From the NCBI GenBank assembly GCA_040954595.2, contig JBECUI020000025.1, positions 124,001-188,000 on the forward strand: a stretch of DNA of 64,000 bases. The letters run 5' to 3'. The stretch is from Balanoglossus misakiensis. Lineage: Eukaryota > Animalia > Hemichordata. The notes below the pieces were generated by a model. The model searched no databases, was not told where the DNA came from, and was given only the letters and a program-made list of their open reading frames with translations. This document shows positions 1-8,928 of this stretch, in pieces. How positions within the stretch are numbered: the stretch's first letter is position 1; every line of letters begins with the position of its first letter. Both the position numbers and the translations under genes were made by a program.

Positions 1-831
1 TACGGGAATGGGGTGAGTCTCTGCAAGAAAGCAATACATGAATTAAAGAAGCATGATATTCGTTGCGACCTGATTGATCTCAGAAGTCTTGTCCCTTGGG
101 ATAAAGAGGCTGTTATTCAGTCGGCAGAGAAAACAGGACATGTTATTATCTGTAGTGAAGATAATAAGACTTCAAGTTTTGCAGGAGAGGTTGCCGCTAC
201 CATTGCCGAATACGCCCGAACACCGGTACGGATACGCCGTATTATGCGGGAAGATACCTATGTACCGTGTAACTTCGCCAATCAACTGAAAGTTCTTCCA
301 TCCTATCAAAAAATACTGGAAACGGCGGTCTCAATGCTCTCGGGTCTTATCCAGTGGAAGAAGGATGCCCAGGCAAGCTCCGCAGGGGGTTTAGTAATTG
401 AAGCCCTTGGTTCCAGTCCCTCGGATGAATCGGTTACCGTTATAGAATGGAAGGTTGGACCTGGTAATACAATAAAGGAAGGGGATCTTCTTGCCGAACT
501 GGAAGCAGATAAGGCAGCATTTGACCTTCGCAGTCCTGCTGATGGAACGATTGATGAAATACTTGTCAATTCGGGCGAAACAGTTCCCATTGGAACCCCT
601 ATTCTTAATATTAGCACAGGAAATGAGGAATACGTTAAACCTATTACCAGAGAGGACCCGGGAACACCAATTATTACGGGAGTAATGAGATCAAGTGGAA
701 AAAAGAAAAGCGAACGGTTGGCACAAGGAATCCGGGAATTATTGCAGTTGCTGGGGTTACCGGTAGCCGCGTTGTATCAAATGCGGATATTGCAGAATAT
801 CTGCCTGAATGGGATGAGCAAGATATCGTAA
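1..831 (+). CDS. C-terminal part of a fused 2-oxoacid dehydrogenase E1(beta) + lipoyl-domain protein (5' end outside window; probably continues into FabH by -1 frameshift)
   Basis: Frame open from base 1 (YGNGVSL...). Transketolase-C/E1-beta motifs DLIDLRSLVPWD and KTGHVIICSED, then a lipoyl domain (EWKVGPG...ELEADKAAFDLRSPADGTI). Residues after ~705 look out of frame. Confidence 0.85.
   Translation, partial: YGNGVSLCKKAIHELKKHDIRCDLIDLRSLVPWDKEAVIQSAEKTGHVIICSEDNKTSSFAGEVAATIAEYARTPVRIRRIMREDTYVPCNFANQLKVLPSYQKILETAVSMLSGLIQWKKDAQASSAGGLVIEALGSSPSDESVTVIEWKVGPGNTIKEGDLLAELEADKAAFDLRSPADGTIDEILVNSGETVPIGTPILNISTGNEEYVKPITREDPGTPIITGVMRSSGKKKSERLAQGIRELLQLLGLPVAALYQMRILQNICLNGMSKIS
699..705 (+). 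other. Candidate -1 frameshift heptamer A_AAA_AAG (or single-base indel site)
   Basis: Codons GGA AAA AAG at 697-705 place the heptamer in the correct phase. The -1 frame is stop-free to 1817. Confidence 0.55.
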
Positions 832-1817
832 AGCGAACGGGGATTGAAACACGCAGATGGGTTAACAACGAAGAAACCGCGTTAACAATGGCGGTTGCTG
901 CCTGCAAGAAGTTGTTTCAAAAACAAGATATTACCCTATACGATATTGATGCTATTGTCTGTACCACTGGTACACCTATAGCATTTACCCCATCCATGGC
1001 AACAAGTATCCATTATGAGTTATCAAAAGATCTGCCAGAGCCTAAAGAGGTGGAAGCATTTGATGTCATTGCTGCCTGTTCGGGATACATATACGGCCTA
1101 AAACTTGTCTATGATGACTTAATGCTCCGCCCTAAAAAGAAGATACTTCTTGTTACGACTGAAGTCTTATCTAAAAAAATAGATGTGAACGATCCGGGAA
1201 CCGCTCCTATCTTTGCCGACGCAGCGACTGCGAGTCTGATCGGCGGGAACAAGTATAAAAAATGGTTCCGGGCTGAAATATATCAGCCTACTCTCTCCGC
1301 ACAAGGTGTGCCGCATGAGTACTTGCTTGTACCATCGCAAAATGATAAGTACATACAAATGAACGGACAGTACGTCTTCGTTGAAGCTATAAAGAATATG
1401 ATAAAGGTCCTTACGCAAGCATGTGAAAAGGCGAAAATTCGTACTGACCAACTTGATTTATTGGTGCCACATCAAGCAAATCAGAGAATACTTGATATGA
1501 TTGCCCAAAAACTCAGGGTAGCAAAAGAACGAGTATTTACCAATATTAAAAACCTCGGAAATACATCGTCTAGCACCATTCCTCTCTGTTTGGAAACATT
1601 GCTTGAACAACAACGCAATAATGAACTATTCGGTCTCGTTGCCTTTGGAGGCGGGTTTACATATGGTGGTGCCGTGCTCAAAATGACAAAACCACGAGCA
1701 ACTATAGCAGAGAAGATACGGGATGCGGCGAAACAAATACAAACCAAAAAATTTGTTCAAACTGCCTTGAAACGTACGAGAGATACCATAGAAAAAATTA
1801 AACACGATAAAAAATAA
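699..1817 (+). CDS. fabH: 3-oxoacyl-ACP synthase III (FabH/KAS III) domain; N-terminus lies upstream of the first ATG (888), in the -1 frame of the preceding ORF
   Basis: Catalytic motifs AACSG, VPHQAN, LGNTSS and AFGGG. The same frame upstream of 888 reads GIIAVAGVTGSRVVSNADIAEYLPEWDEQDIVKRTGIETRRWV (typical FabH N-terminus) with no start codon. Confidence 0.85.
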   Translation, partial: KKEKRTVGTRNPGIIAVAGVTGSRVVSNADIAEYLPEWDEQDIVKRTGIETRRWVNNEETALTMAVAACKKLFQKQDITLYDIDAIVCTTGTPIAFTPSMATSIHYELSKDLPEPKEVEAFDVIAACSGYIYGLKLVYDDLMLRPKKKILLVTTEVLSKKIDVNDPGTAPIFADAATASLIGGNKYKKWFRAEIYQPTLSAQGVPHEYLLVPSQNDKYIQMNGQYVFVEAIKNMIKVLTQACEKAKIRTDQLDLLVPHQANQRILDMIAQKLRVAKERVFTNIKNLGNTSSSTIPLCLETLLEQQRNNELFGLVAFGGGFTYGGAVLKMTKPRATIAEKIRDAAKQIQTKKFVQTALKRTRDTIEKIKHDKK

Positions 1818-1910
1818 ATGCGCCCGGAAGGGAAGGGGTACCCATAGGCGCATAAGTAGGCTTACTGAATGACTAACCAGAAATACACTATGCACATTAA
1901 TTAGTCATGC
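1812..1910 (-). ncRNA. Candidate structured small RNA / 3' element, copy 1
   Basis: ATGACTAA...TTAGTCAT stem, conserved GTAAGCCTAC linker, GCGCC...GGCGC hairpin with CU-rich loop, then a U-rich tail. Confidence 0.4.
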
Positions 1911-2079
1911 ATAATATATATACAATACTCAATGAAAAAGGTTACGAGAATTAGCTTCTTTTGGACTTAAATTGTAAATCAATTGAGTTCATGCAACAAC
2001 ACAGATTTGTTCAAACTGCCTTGAAACCCATAAGAAAAATTAAATCCGACAAGGGATAAGGGATAAAAGGATAAGGGAT

Positions 2080-2174
2080 AAAAAAAATGCGCCCGGAGGG
2101 AAAGGAGGGGACCCTGGGGCGCGTGTGTAGGCTTACAAATGACTAATTGCCGTGTACACAATAATTAGTCATGC
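2080..2174 (-). ncRNA. Candidate structured small RNA / msrB 3' terminator element, copy 2
   Basis: Same two-hairpin layout as copy 1 with different loop sequences, followed by a U run. Confidence 0.4.
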
Positions 2175-2214
2175 ATAATATATATACAATACTCGATGAA
2201 AAAGGTTACACCAA

Positions 2215-2769
2215 TTAGCTTTTTTTCGGGTTAAATTGTAAAGCAATTGAGTTCATGCAATAGCGCAGTCCAGTTGGTGCCGGCCCGTCAAAAAAGACAT
2301 GCCCGAGATGAGAGCCACTCTGACTATCCATAACCTCTATACGTGTCGAAAAGAGGCTTTTATCAATGGCGTATACAAGCGCATCCTTGTTAATTGGTTC
2401 ATAAAAACTAGGCCATCCGGTACCGGAATCGTATTTACTCTCGGAACTAAAAAGTTCTTGCCCGGTTGCTGCTGAGTGATACATGCCACTCTCAGAATGC
2501 TTGTCATATTCTCCAGTAAAAGAACGTTCTGTTCCTTTCTGCCGTAAAATGTAGTACTGTTCCTTAGACAATTTCTCTTGCCATTGTTTGTTGGTCTTTA
2601 CTACGGGAAAAACATGATCCTCATTGATAAAACGTCCTTCAAAGTATTGCCGAGCCTCCGAAGAGAGTCCTCGCAATATTTTATCTTGTTCTGCATCCAT
2701 TACTGTACTTCCTTCTGCATAAGCAAAAAGTATAGGCACTAATAAAAACAATGTTATTGCTATTCTCAT
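2215..2769 (-). CDS. msrB: Peptide-methionine (R)-S-oxide reductase with N-terminal signal peptide
   Basis: Motifs GTERSF, KYDSGTGWPSF and HLGHVFFDGPAPTGLRYCMNS; hydrophobic leader ending AYA. Confidence 0.95.
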   Translation of the reverse strand: MRIAITLFLLVPILFAYAEGSTVMDAEQDKILRGLSSEARQYFEGRFINEDHVFPVVKTNKQWQEKLSKEQYYILRQKGTERSFTGEYDKHSESGMYHSAATGQELFSSESKYDSGTGWPSFYEPINKDALVYAIDKSLFSTRIEVMDSQSGSHLGHVFFDGPAPTGLRYCMNSIALQFNPKKS

Positions 2770-2772
2770 ACT

Positions 2773-3231
2773 TTACACCTGTGTTGGGTTCTCCATACCC
2801 CGATACACAAACTCGGGATCAAAAACCTTTTCCTTTTCCTTAAATTCCAGCTGTACGGTGCCATCACCATTATGACATACCGAACGATAAAAACAGCTCC
2901 GATACCCCACGTGGCAACTTGCACCACCTGAAATTTCAACAAGTATCCAAATCGTATCCTGATCGTCATCAATACGCATCTCGCATATCTTCTGCCTTAA
3001 CCCGCTACTCTCACCCTTACGCCACAGTGCGTTTCGACTTCTACTATAATACACGGCATATCCACTCTGAATTGTTTCTTTCAACGCATCAGGATTCATA
3101 TATCCATGCATTAATACTTCGCCACTACGGTAGTCGGTAGTAACAACGGGAATAAGATTGTGCTTGTTAAATTTCGGCGCAAAATCTTTACCTTCTTCTA
3201 CTTGTTTTACGCTTATTCGCTTTGCAAACAT
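2773..3231 (-). CDS. hisI: Phosphoribosyl-AMP cyclohydrolase
   Basis: Motifs YYSRSRNALWRKGESSG, IDDDQD and ASCHVGYRSCFYR. Start placed at ATG 3231 (MFAKR). Confidence 0.92.
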   Translation of the reverse strand: MFAKRISVKQVEEGKDFAPKFNKHNLIPVVTTDYRSGEVLMHGYMNPDALKETIQSGYAVYYSRSRNALWRKGESSGLRQKICEMRIDDDQDTIWILVEISGGASCHVGYRSCFYRSVCHNGDGTVQLEFKEKEKVFDPEFVYRGMENPTQV

Positions 3232-3366
3232 AATATCTATGTATAAATTATAGTACATAATACGTAAATGGCAAGTGGAAATATAAAAAAATTGCACTTT
3301 TATGCAATATAAAAGCTAATTACTTGCCAGATCGGTACAAATTCACAGCAGTCTCATTCCGGAAAA

Positions 3367-6300
3367 CTATTGAACTGTAATGGCAACCCTTACTTCCGGG
3401 GGAGTAACATAATCCAAAGTGTTTGCCCGGATTACAATAGTGTACACGGATGGGGTCGTTCCTGCGAGTACCGATATAGTATTGCCATCAATGGAAAAGT
3501 AGTTGTTATCTTCAATATCTGTCGGAAGAATATAGGGGCTCTCTGCGTTGAGATGCTCCATAAATGCATTACTCTGTGCTGTAAGCACTATTTCCTCTTG
3601 TGCGGTAACAGTATCCAATACAATATACCAAGGACCAAGGTTTTGGTTAAACCAATCTGCCTGGTAGAACATCCAACGTGCATCCCTTACCGCCTGGACA
3701 TTCCACCTACTAATGTCCGCATTAAAAGATATGGCATAATTAAACATCCTTTGCATATTAGTTACATTACCCACATTCCAGTTAGCAATATCCGCAGTAA
3801 ATGACATGGCCTCACTAAACATGCCTTCCATATTAATTACATTCTCCACATTCCAATTAGCAATATCCCCATTAAAAGATAATGCAACGTCAAACATGCG
3901 TTGCATATTGCTTACAGTCCCTACGTTCCAGTTGTTAAGATCCCTGTTAAAAGCACTGGCATCCTTGAACATATAAGACATGTCGGTTACCTGTCCTACA
4001 TCCCATCCACTAATATTGCCATTAAAAGAAGTTGCATAACTGAACATCTGCTGCATATTGCTTACATTCTCTACGTTCCAGTTGTTAAGATCCCTGTTAA
4101 AAGCACGGGCATTCTTGAACATATAAGACATGTCGACTACCCGACCTACATCCCACCCGCTAATATTTCCATTAAAGATTTCTGCAGCTTGGAACATGGA
4201 AGACATGTTCCTTACATTAGACACATCCCAGAGTGCAAGATTCTCATTAAAATTAGGGGCATTATCAAACATATGAGACATATCTACTACTTGACTGACA
4301 TTCCAGAACCCAATATTTCCGCTAAAGCTATTGGCTTCACGAAACATATGGGACATATCCGTTACATCACCTACATCCCAAGAACTTATGTTTGCGTTAA
4401 AAGCATGTCCACCATGGAACATATGGGACATGTTCGTTACATTACCTACCTTCCATGAACTTATATTTCCGTTAAACCTTCGGGCACCATAAAACATATA
4501 AGACATGTCCGATACATTACTTACATCCCAAACATCAATATTGGCATTAAAATTGCTGGCATTATAAAACATATAAGATAGATTTTCTACTTTACTCAGG
4601 TTGGGAACATCTGTTGCACTCATGCGCATGTTAAAAGCACCTGAAAACATGCCTTCCATGCTGGTCCATTCTGCTGTTCCCCACTGTACCACATTGCTGA
4701 GTGACGCATATGTTGGCATACATTGCATCTGGGTTATTTCGGATGATATTCGTATTGTGTAATTGCCTGTTACATAATATATATGGCTTTGCGGATTATT
4801 AAGTGTAGCGGCAGTAACTATCTCTATTGGAGTGCCATCTCCCCAATTAATCTCTATGTTACTCCCAGCAATGGGTAGTTCTACAGCATGAAGACTGGTC
4901 AAGCGGTTGTAGTAATAGTACCAGTCAGTTATAAATACATCCGTACTCGTGGCTTCCAGCTCTACTATGTTTTTTAGTGCTGTCTGATTGTTCTTGCTGA
5001 CTATTGTATCTCCCGTATAGGATATGAGTGGAAGCTCTACTTTTCTTATCGGCCGACTAATTATTAGTCGCAGTATCGTTGCATCCATGGGCTCTACTGT
5101 AACTGCAGTAACCGTCGGGTTATCTTCGACCCCTGATATACGGAAGGCACTGGGATCTGTTCCAAGCACTTCTGCTTCTTCACTCAAAGTAATCAATAAA
5201 CTGCCATCTTGATCTATTAATCCGCTTATTGCCTCTAGCCTGTCCTCTGCTACATGAATAGTAACTGTTATTTCCGGGGGTGATGTGCCAAATGTATTTC
5301 CGTTTGCTTGAATAGTAACTGTATACTGATCGGACTGCAGACTGGCTGGAACAGAAAGAATTGTACCATTTAATATGAATAGATCATTGTCGACAAGCCC
5401 TGTCGGTAATACGAACGGAGAAGTTCTGCTCAAATGTTCGGTAAAAACATTACTCTGAGTGGTAAGGTGAACAGGAGATAGATCATTTACAATAATAGGT
5501 TCCGTACCCGGTACAATGTACCAAGGACCAAGATTTTGATTAAAATCCCTTGCTCCAGTAAACATGTCGCGCGCATGATCTACGTTTCGCACATCCCAGC
5601 CGCTTATATCGGCATTAAAAGAAACAGCATTTTGGAACATGTCTCCCATATTGCTTACATTACGAACATCCCAGCCCCCTATGTCGGCATTAAAAGAGCT
5701 GGCATCTAAAAACATACCTTTCATATTGCTTACTTTGCTCAGATTCCATGCAGCAATATTTCCATTAAAGGAATTCGCCTGATTAAACATGTACTGCATA
5801 TCAACTACATTCCCCACATCCCAACTTCCAATATTTCCATTAAAAAGGTATGCATTACTGAACATGTACGCCATGTTTTTTACATGAGAAACATCCCAAC
5901 CTTCCAAGTTTCTACTAAATGAGCTTGCATCTGCAAACATAAAATACATGCTAACTACATTGGAAACTTTCCAGTTAGAAATATCTGCATTAAAACTTAC
6001 TGCACCAGTAAACATGGAATCCATATATATAACGTTCTCAACGTTCCAGCTGCTAATATCAGCATTAAAAGCTCTCGCATACTGAAACATACTGCTCATA
6101 TTGCTTACATTGCTTACATTCCAGCTACTGATATTCCCATTAAAGGAACTTGCATCTTGAAACATGGATGTCATATCAAGCACATTTCCAACGTCCCACC
6201 TACCAATCTCTTCATTAAAATTGTATGAATACGCAAACATACCTGCCATGCTTGTTACATTGGATACGTCCCAGTTGCTAATGCCTATGTACTGCGCATC

Positions 6301-8718
6301 AGTAGTGATAAACATATGTTCCATATTAGTTACATTGGATACGTCCCAGTTGCTAATGTCTATGTTTAGCGTATCAATGGTGGAAAACATACCTTTCATA
6401 GTAGTTACATTGGATACGTCCCAGTTGCTAATGTCTATGTCCAGCGTATCAATATAAGAAAACAAACCTTCCATATTGCTTACATTGGATACATTCCAGT
6501 CATTAAAATTTCCATGTAATGCTGCAACACGAGCAAACATTTCTCTCATATTACGTACTCTATCAAGATTGGGAACATCGGAGGATTCAACTTGCATATT
6601 GGTCGATCCTCTAAACATCTGCTCCATATTTGCCCATTGTGCACTACCCCATTGCTCAATGCTTTGTAACTTTTTTCCGGATGGTGAATAGTAGTTTGAA
6701 TATTCCGCTCCTAGTTTCATCCGTGTTATAGCTGATGATACGAGTACGGTGTAGGTCTTCGCTACCGTATAGGTATGCCTTTGTGGAATACCTACTGTCG
6801 CAGACGCAAGGGTTTCTATTGCAGAACCATCGCCCCAATTAATAGCGATATTAACGCCGCTAATAGGTAACTCAAACATTTCTCCATCACTTGCTATGTT
6901 CCACGTGCTGACAAAGGCATGTATATGAATAGCTTCCTGGTCGACAAAGGATTCCAGCATAACTCCTGTTGAAGCACTAACTAATGTATCGCCCGTGTAG
7001 GATATTCGCGGTATTTCTACCTCGCCTATTTGTCCGGTTCCATTATCCAACGTTAACAGTATTTGCATGGCATCTACCGTACTTACTTCCGTAACTGTCA
7101 AATCATTTTCAGTGCCCGATATATGAAATGCACTTGGATCTGTTCCCCTGTCTACTACCTGCTCGGAAATGAACAGCATTATATTGCCGTTTGGCAACAC
7201 TCTTGCCTTTTTTACCTGTGGTACGGGTTGATCAAGTTTTATCGACATAGTTGCTTCACTATGTTCCGCAGTTCCTATTTCATTTATTGCCGCAACTGTA
7301 AATGTATAACTCTTGCGCCAGTCTAAGCCAGTTACTATGGCTTGTGGCATAAGATCTTGGTCGGCTCTGACTGATAAATCGACTCTTGCGTCCTTGGTGG
7401 GGATAGTGCCTTCATCTGAGTAATAGATCTCATACCCTGTAATGGGAATACCTCCATGATACGGTGTCTCCCATGTCAGCAGCACTTCTCTTTCTTCCAT
7501 AATTTCTGCCAGCGGTGCGTTGGAGATTTTATCGGGTGCTGTTGGGCTGGTATTCTCTCGTACTACAATAAACATGTATCTAGCACTCTGCCTCTCCAGA
7601 AAATCATGCCCAAAATAACGAAAAAGAAGAGGGACGCCATTGCTGGCATCAACTATATTATTAGAATTTCCCAGCTGACCAGCTATGGAAACAGCAAGAT
7701 GGGCATTGGCATATACTCCATCATAGGTAAATTGTAAAGTAGATAGATCAAAGGGAGTACGAGGATCCATATCCTCCGGTATGGGTAATTCTATGCGTCG
7801 ATCCTCTTGAATAACATTTGCAAGTCTTCCACTGGAATCTTCTGCGGCTATTACCCGTAATTCGGGATACCCTATGCGTAGAACATAGGAAACAGATCGA
7901 TTATTGATGGCATCAAAAAAAGTGTACTCTACTCCAGTACGTAGGTCTCTTACTTGGGTAGGAGTAACAATAACAGGATGGTTACTATTATAGGTAAAAA
8001 CCATAGAAGATAACGCAAATCTTTGTAAAGAGCTGCTTGGGATCTCGGCACTCAAGGGAAGGGTGGCATGTATGCTCTTTGGTTGTGTATATGATGATAT
8101 AATAACCTGTCCTTCTGCTGTATTATACCGCCGATCGGCATCAATAATAGTTAGACCGGTAACAATAAGAGGCTGCCCCTGAGTAATAGTAATATTGTAT
8201 ACACGATGTATCTGTGGTGCATCTCTTTTGATAAACTTATACTGCACTACTCCACGTTTCTCTGAGTTACCGGCAAATGTACTTCCTGAAACCTTCGTAA
8301 TAGTAAAGTCTGCAATGTTCTTTTTATATAATGTAAAACTTAATGGGGTATCTGCTGTAATGAGATCAGTTGCGAGTTCATCGTATGCAGTCGGATCAAC
8401 TATGGCATTATCCGGCAAAATGATATCAATGGTTCCGGAAGTAGATTCTTCTGCCTGATTAATATGCGCCCGAAAGCCTGCGATGCTCGTATCATAGGTT
8501 TTTTCACCTTGGGTAACATGCACATTGGAAATCTTCAATACTTCCATGGGTAATGTGCTCGCATTCTCACAAGCAGTCAACAATGCAAGGATTGCCAAGA
8601 GGATGTAAAAAAAAATAGAAGAGTTCAATACAACACGTAAAAATAGAAATGCTGTTTTATGAGTAACAAATTTTTTACTCGTTTGAGTCCAGATCTTCTC
8701 ACTAAACAGTTGCTTCAT
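3367..8718 (-). CDS. Large surface lipoprotein with FN3 domain and two blocks of BspA/DUF285-type ~25-aa repeats
   Basis: Lipobox LLTAC; FN3 (LTWETP..GGIPITGYEI...YTFTVAAINEIG); many FNxDIxxWDVSNVxxMxxMF repeats; INWGDG motifs. Exact start uncertain. Confidence 0.88.
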   Translation of the reverse strand: MKQLFSEKIWTQTSKKFVTHKTAFLFLRVVLNSSIFFYILLAILALLTACENASTLPMEVLKISNVHVTQGEKTYDTSIAGFRAHINQAEESTSGTIDIILPDNAIVDPTAYDELATDLITADTPLSFTLYKKNIADFTITKVSGSTFAGNSEKRGVVQYKFIKRDAPQIHRVYNITITQGQPLIVTGLTIIDADRRYNTAEGQVIISSYTQPKSIHATLPLSAEIPSSSLQRFALSSMVFTYNSNHPVIVTPTQVRDLRTGVEYTFFDAINNRSVSYVLRIGYPELRVIAAEDSSGRLANVIQEDRRIELPIPEDMDPRTPFDLSTLQFTYDGVYANAHLAVSIAGQLGNSNNIVDASNGVPLLFRYFGHDFLERQSARYMFIVVRENTSPTAPDKISNAPLAEIMEEREVLLTWETPYHGGIPITGYEIYYSDEGTIPTKDARVDLSVRADQDLMPQAIVTGLDWRKSYTFTVAAINEIGTAEHSEATMSIKLDQPVPQVKKARVLPNGNIMLFISEQVVDRGTDPSAFHISGTENDLTVTEVSTVDAMQILLTLDNGTGQIGEVEIPRISYTGDTLVSASTGVMLESFVDQEAIHIHAFVSTWNIASDGEMFELPISGVNIAINWGDGSAIETLASATVGIPQRHTYTVAKTYTVLVSSAITRMKLGAEYSNYYSPSGKKLQSIEQWGSAQWANMEQMFRGSTNMQVESSDVPNLDRVRNMREMFARVAALHGNFNDWNVSNVSNMEGLFSYIDTLDIDISNWDVSNVTTMKGMFSTIDTLNIDISNWDVSNVTNMEHMFITTDAQYIGISNWDVSNVTSMAGMFAYSYNFNEEIGRWDVGNVLDMTSMFQDASSFNGNISSWNVSNVSNMSSMFQYARAFNADISSWNVENVIYMDSMFTGAVSFNADISNWKVSNVVSMYFMFADASSFSRNLEGWDVSHVKNMAYMFSNAYLFNGNIGSWDVGNVVDMQYMFNQANSFNGNIAAWNLSKVSNMKGMFLDASSFNADIGGWDVRNVSNMGDMFQNAVSFNADISGWDVRNVDHARDMFTGARDFNQNLGPWYIVPGTEPIIVNDLSPVHLTTQSNVFTEHLSRTSPFVLPTGLVDNDLFILNGTILSVPASLQSDQYTVTIQANGNTFGTSPPEITVTIHVAEDRLEAISGLIDQDGSLLITLSEEAEVLGTDPSAFRISGVEDNPTVTAVTVEPMDATILRLIISRPIRKVELPLISYTGDTIVSKNNQTALKNIVELEATSTDVFITDWYYYYNRLTSLHAVELPIAGSNIEINWGDGTPIEIVTAATLNNPQSHIYYVTGNYTIRISSEITQMQCMPTYASLSNVVQWGTAEWTSMEGMFSGAFNMRMSATDVPNLSKVENLSYMFYNASNFNANIDVWDVSNVSDMSYMFYGARRFNGNISSWKVGNVTNMSHMFHGGHAFNANISSWDVGDVTDMSHMFREANSFSGNIGFWNVSQVVDMSHMFDNAPNFNENLALWDVSNVRNMSSMFQAAEIFNGNISGWDVGRVVDMSYMFKNARAFNRDLNNWNVENVSNMQQMFSYATSFNGNISGWDVGQVTDMSYMFKDASAFNRDLNNWNVGTVSNMQRMFDVALSFNGDIANWNVENVINMEGMFSEAMSFTADIANWNVGNVTNMQRMFNYAISFNADISRWNVQAVRDARWMFYQADWFNQNLGPWYIVLDTVTAQEEIVLTAQSNAFMEHLNAESPYILPTDIEDNNYFSIDGNTISVLAGTTPSVYTIVIRANTLDYVTPPEVRVAITVQ
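3900..4135. repeat. Intragenic 150-bp-period near-identical repeat
   Basis: CTACGTTCCAGTTGTTAAGATCCCTGTTAAAAGCAC...CTTGAACATATAAGACATGTCG at ~3921 and ~4071. Confidence 0.85.
6250..6500. repeat. Intragenic 75-bp tandem repeats (3 full + 1 partial)
   Basis: GTTACATTGGATACGTCCCAGTTGCTAATG recurs every 75 bp (ISNWDVSNVT). Confidence 0.85.
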
Positions 8719-8928
8719 CGTCTGCCGACCTCTCTTTGTCCTATGTTTTACAGTGCTTCTTATGATACGTAATACTAAAGAAACATCAAAAAAGCAAGCT
8801 AAAAAAATACATTTTTACAATAAATGTTTAGAAACAAGTTTCTTCTCTGTGTTTTTGCAGGGCATGTATATCTGCTGACACTAGGTTGGGATAAGAAAAT
8901 GATTTTTCCTCATGTCAACAGACTTCGG

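Larger units (their letters stand above)
1751..2260. repeat. Imperfect tandem duplication, ~250-bp unit (1751-1996 and 2005-2260)
   Basis: Shared blocks ATTTGTTCAAACTGCCTTGAAAC, AAATGCGCCCGGA, GTAGGCTTAC, TAATTAGTCATGCATAATATATATACAATACTC, ATGAAAAAGGTTAC and CAATTGAGTTCATGCAA. Confidence 0.9.

Noticed and set aside
888-1817. Stand-alone fabH starting at ATG 888
   Set aside because: It would lack ~50 conserved N-terminal residues that are present in frame upstream, and it has no clear RBS.
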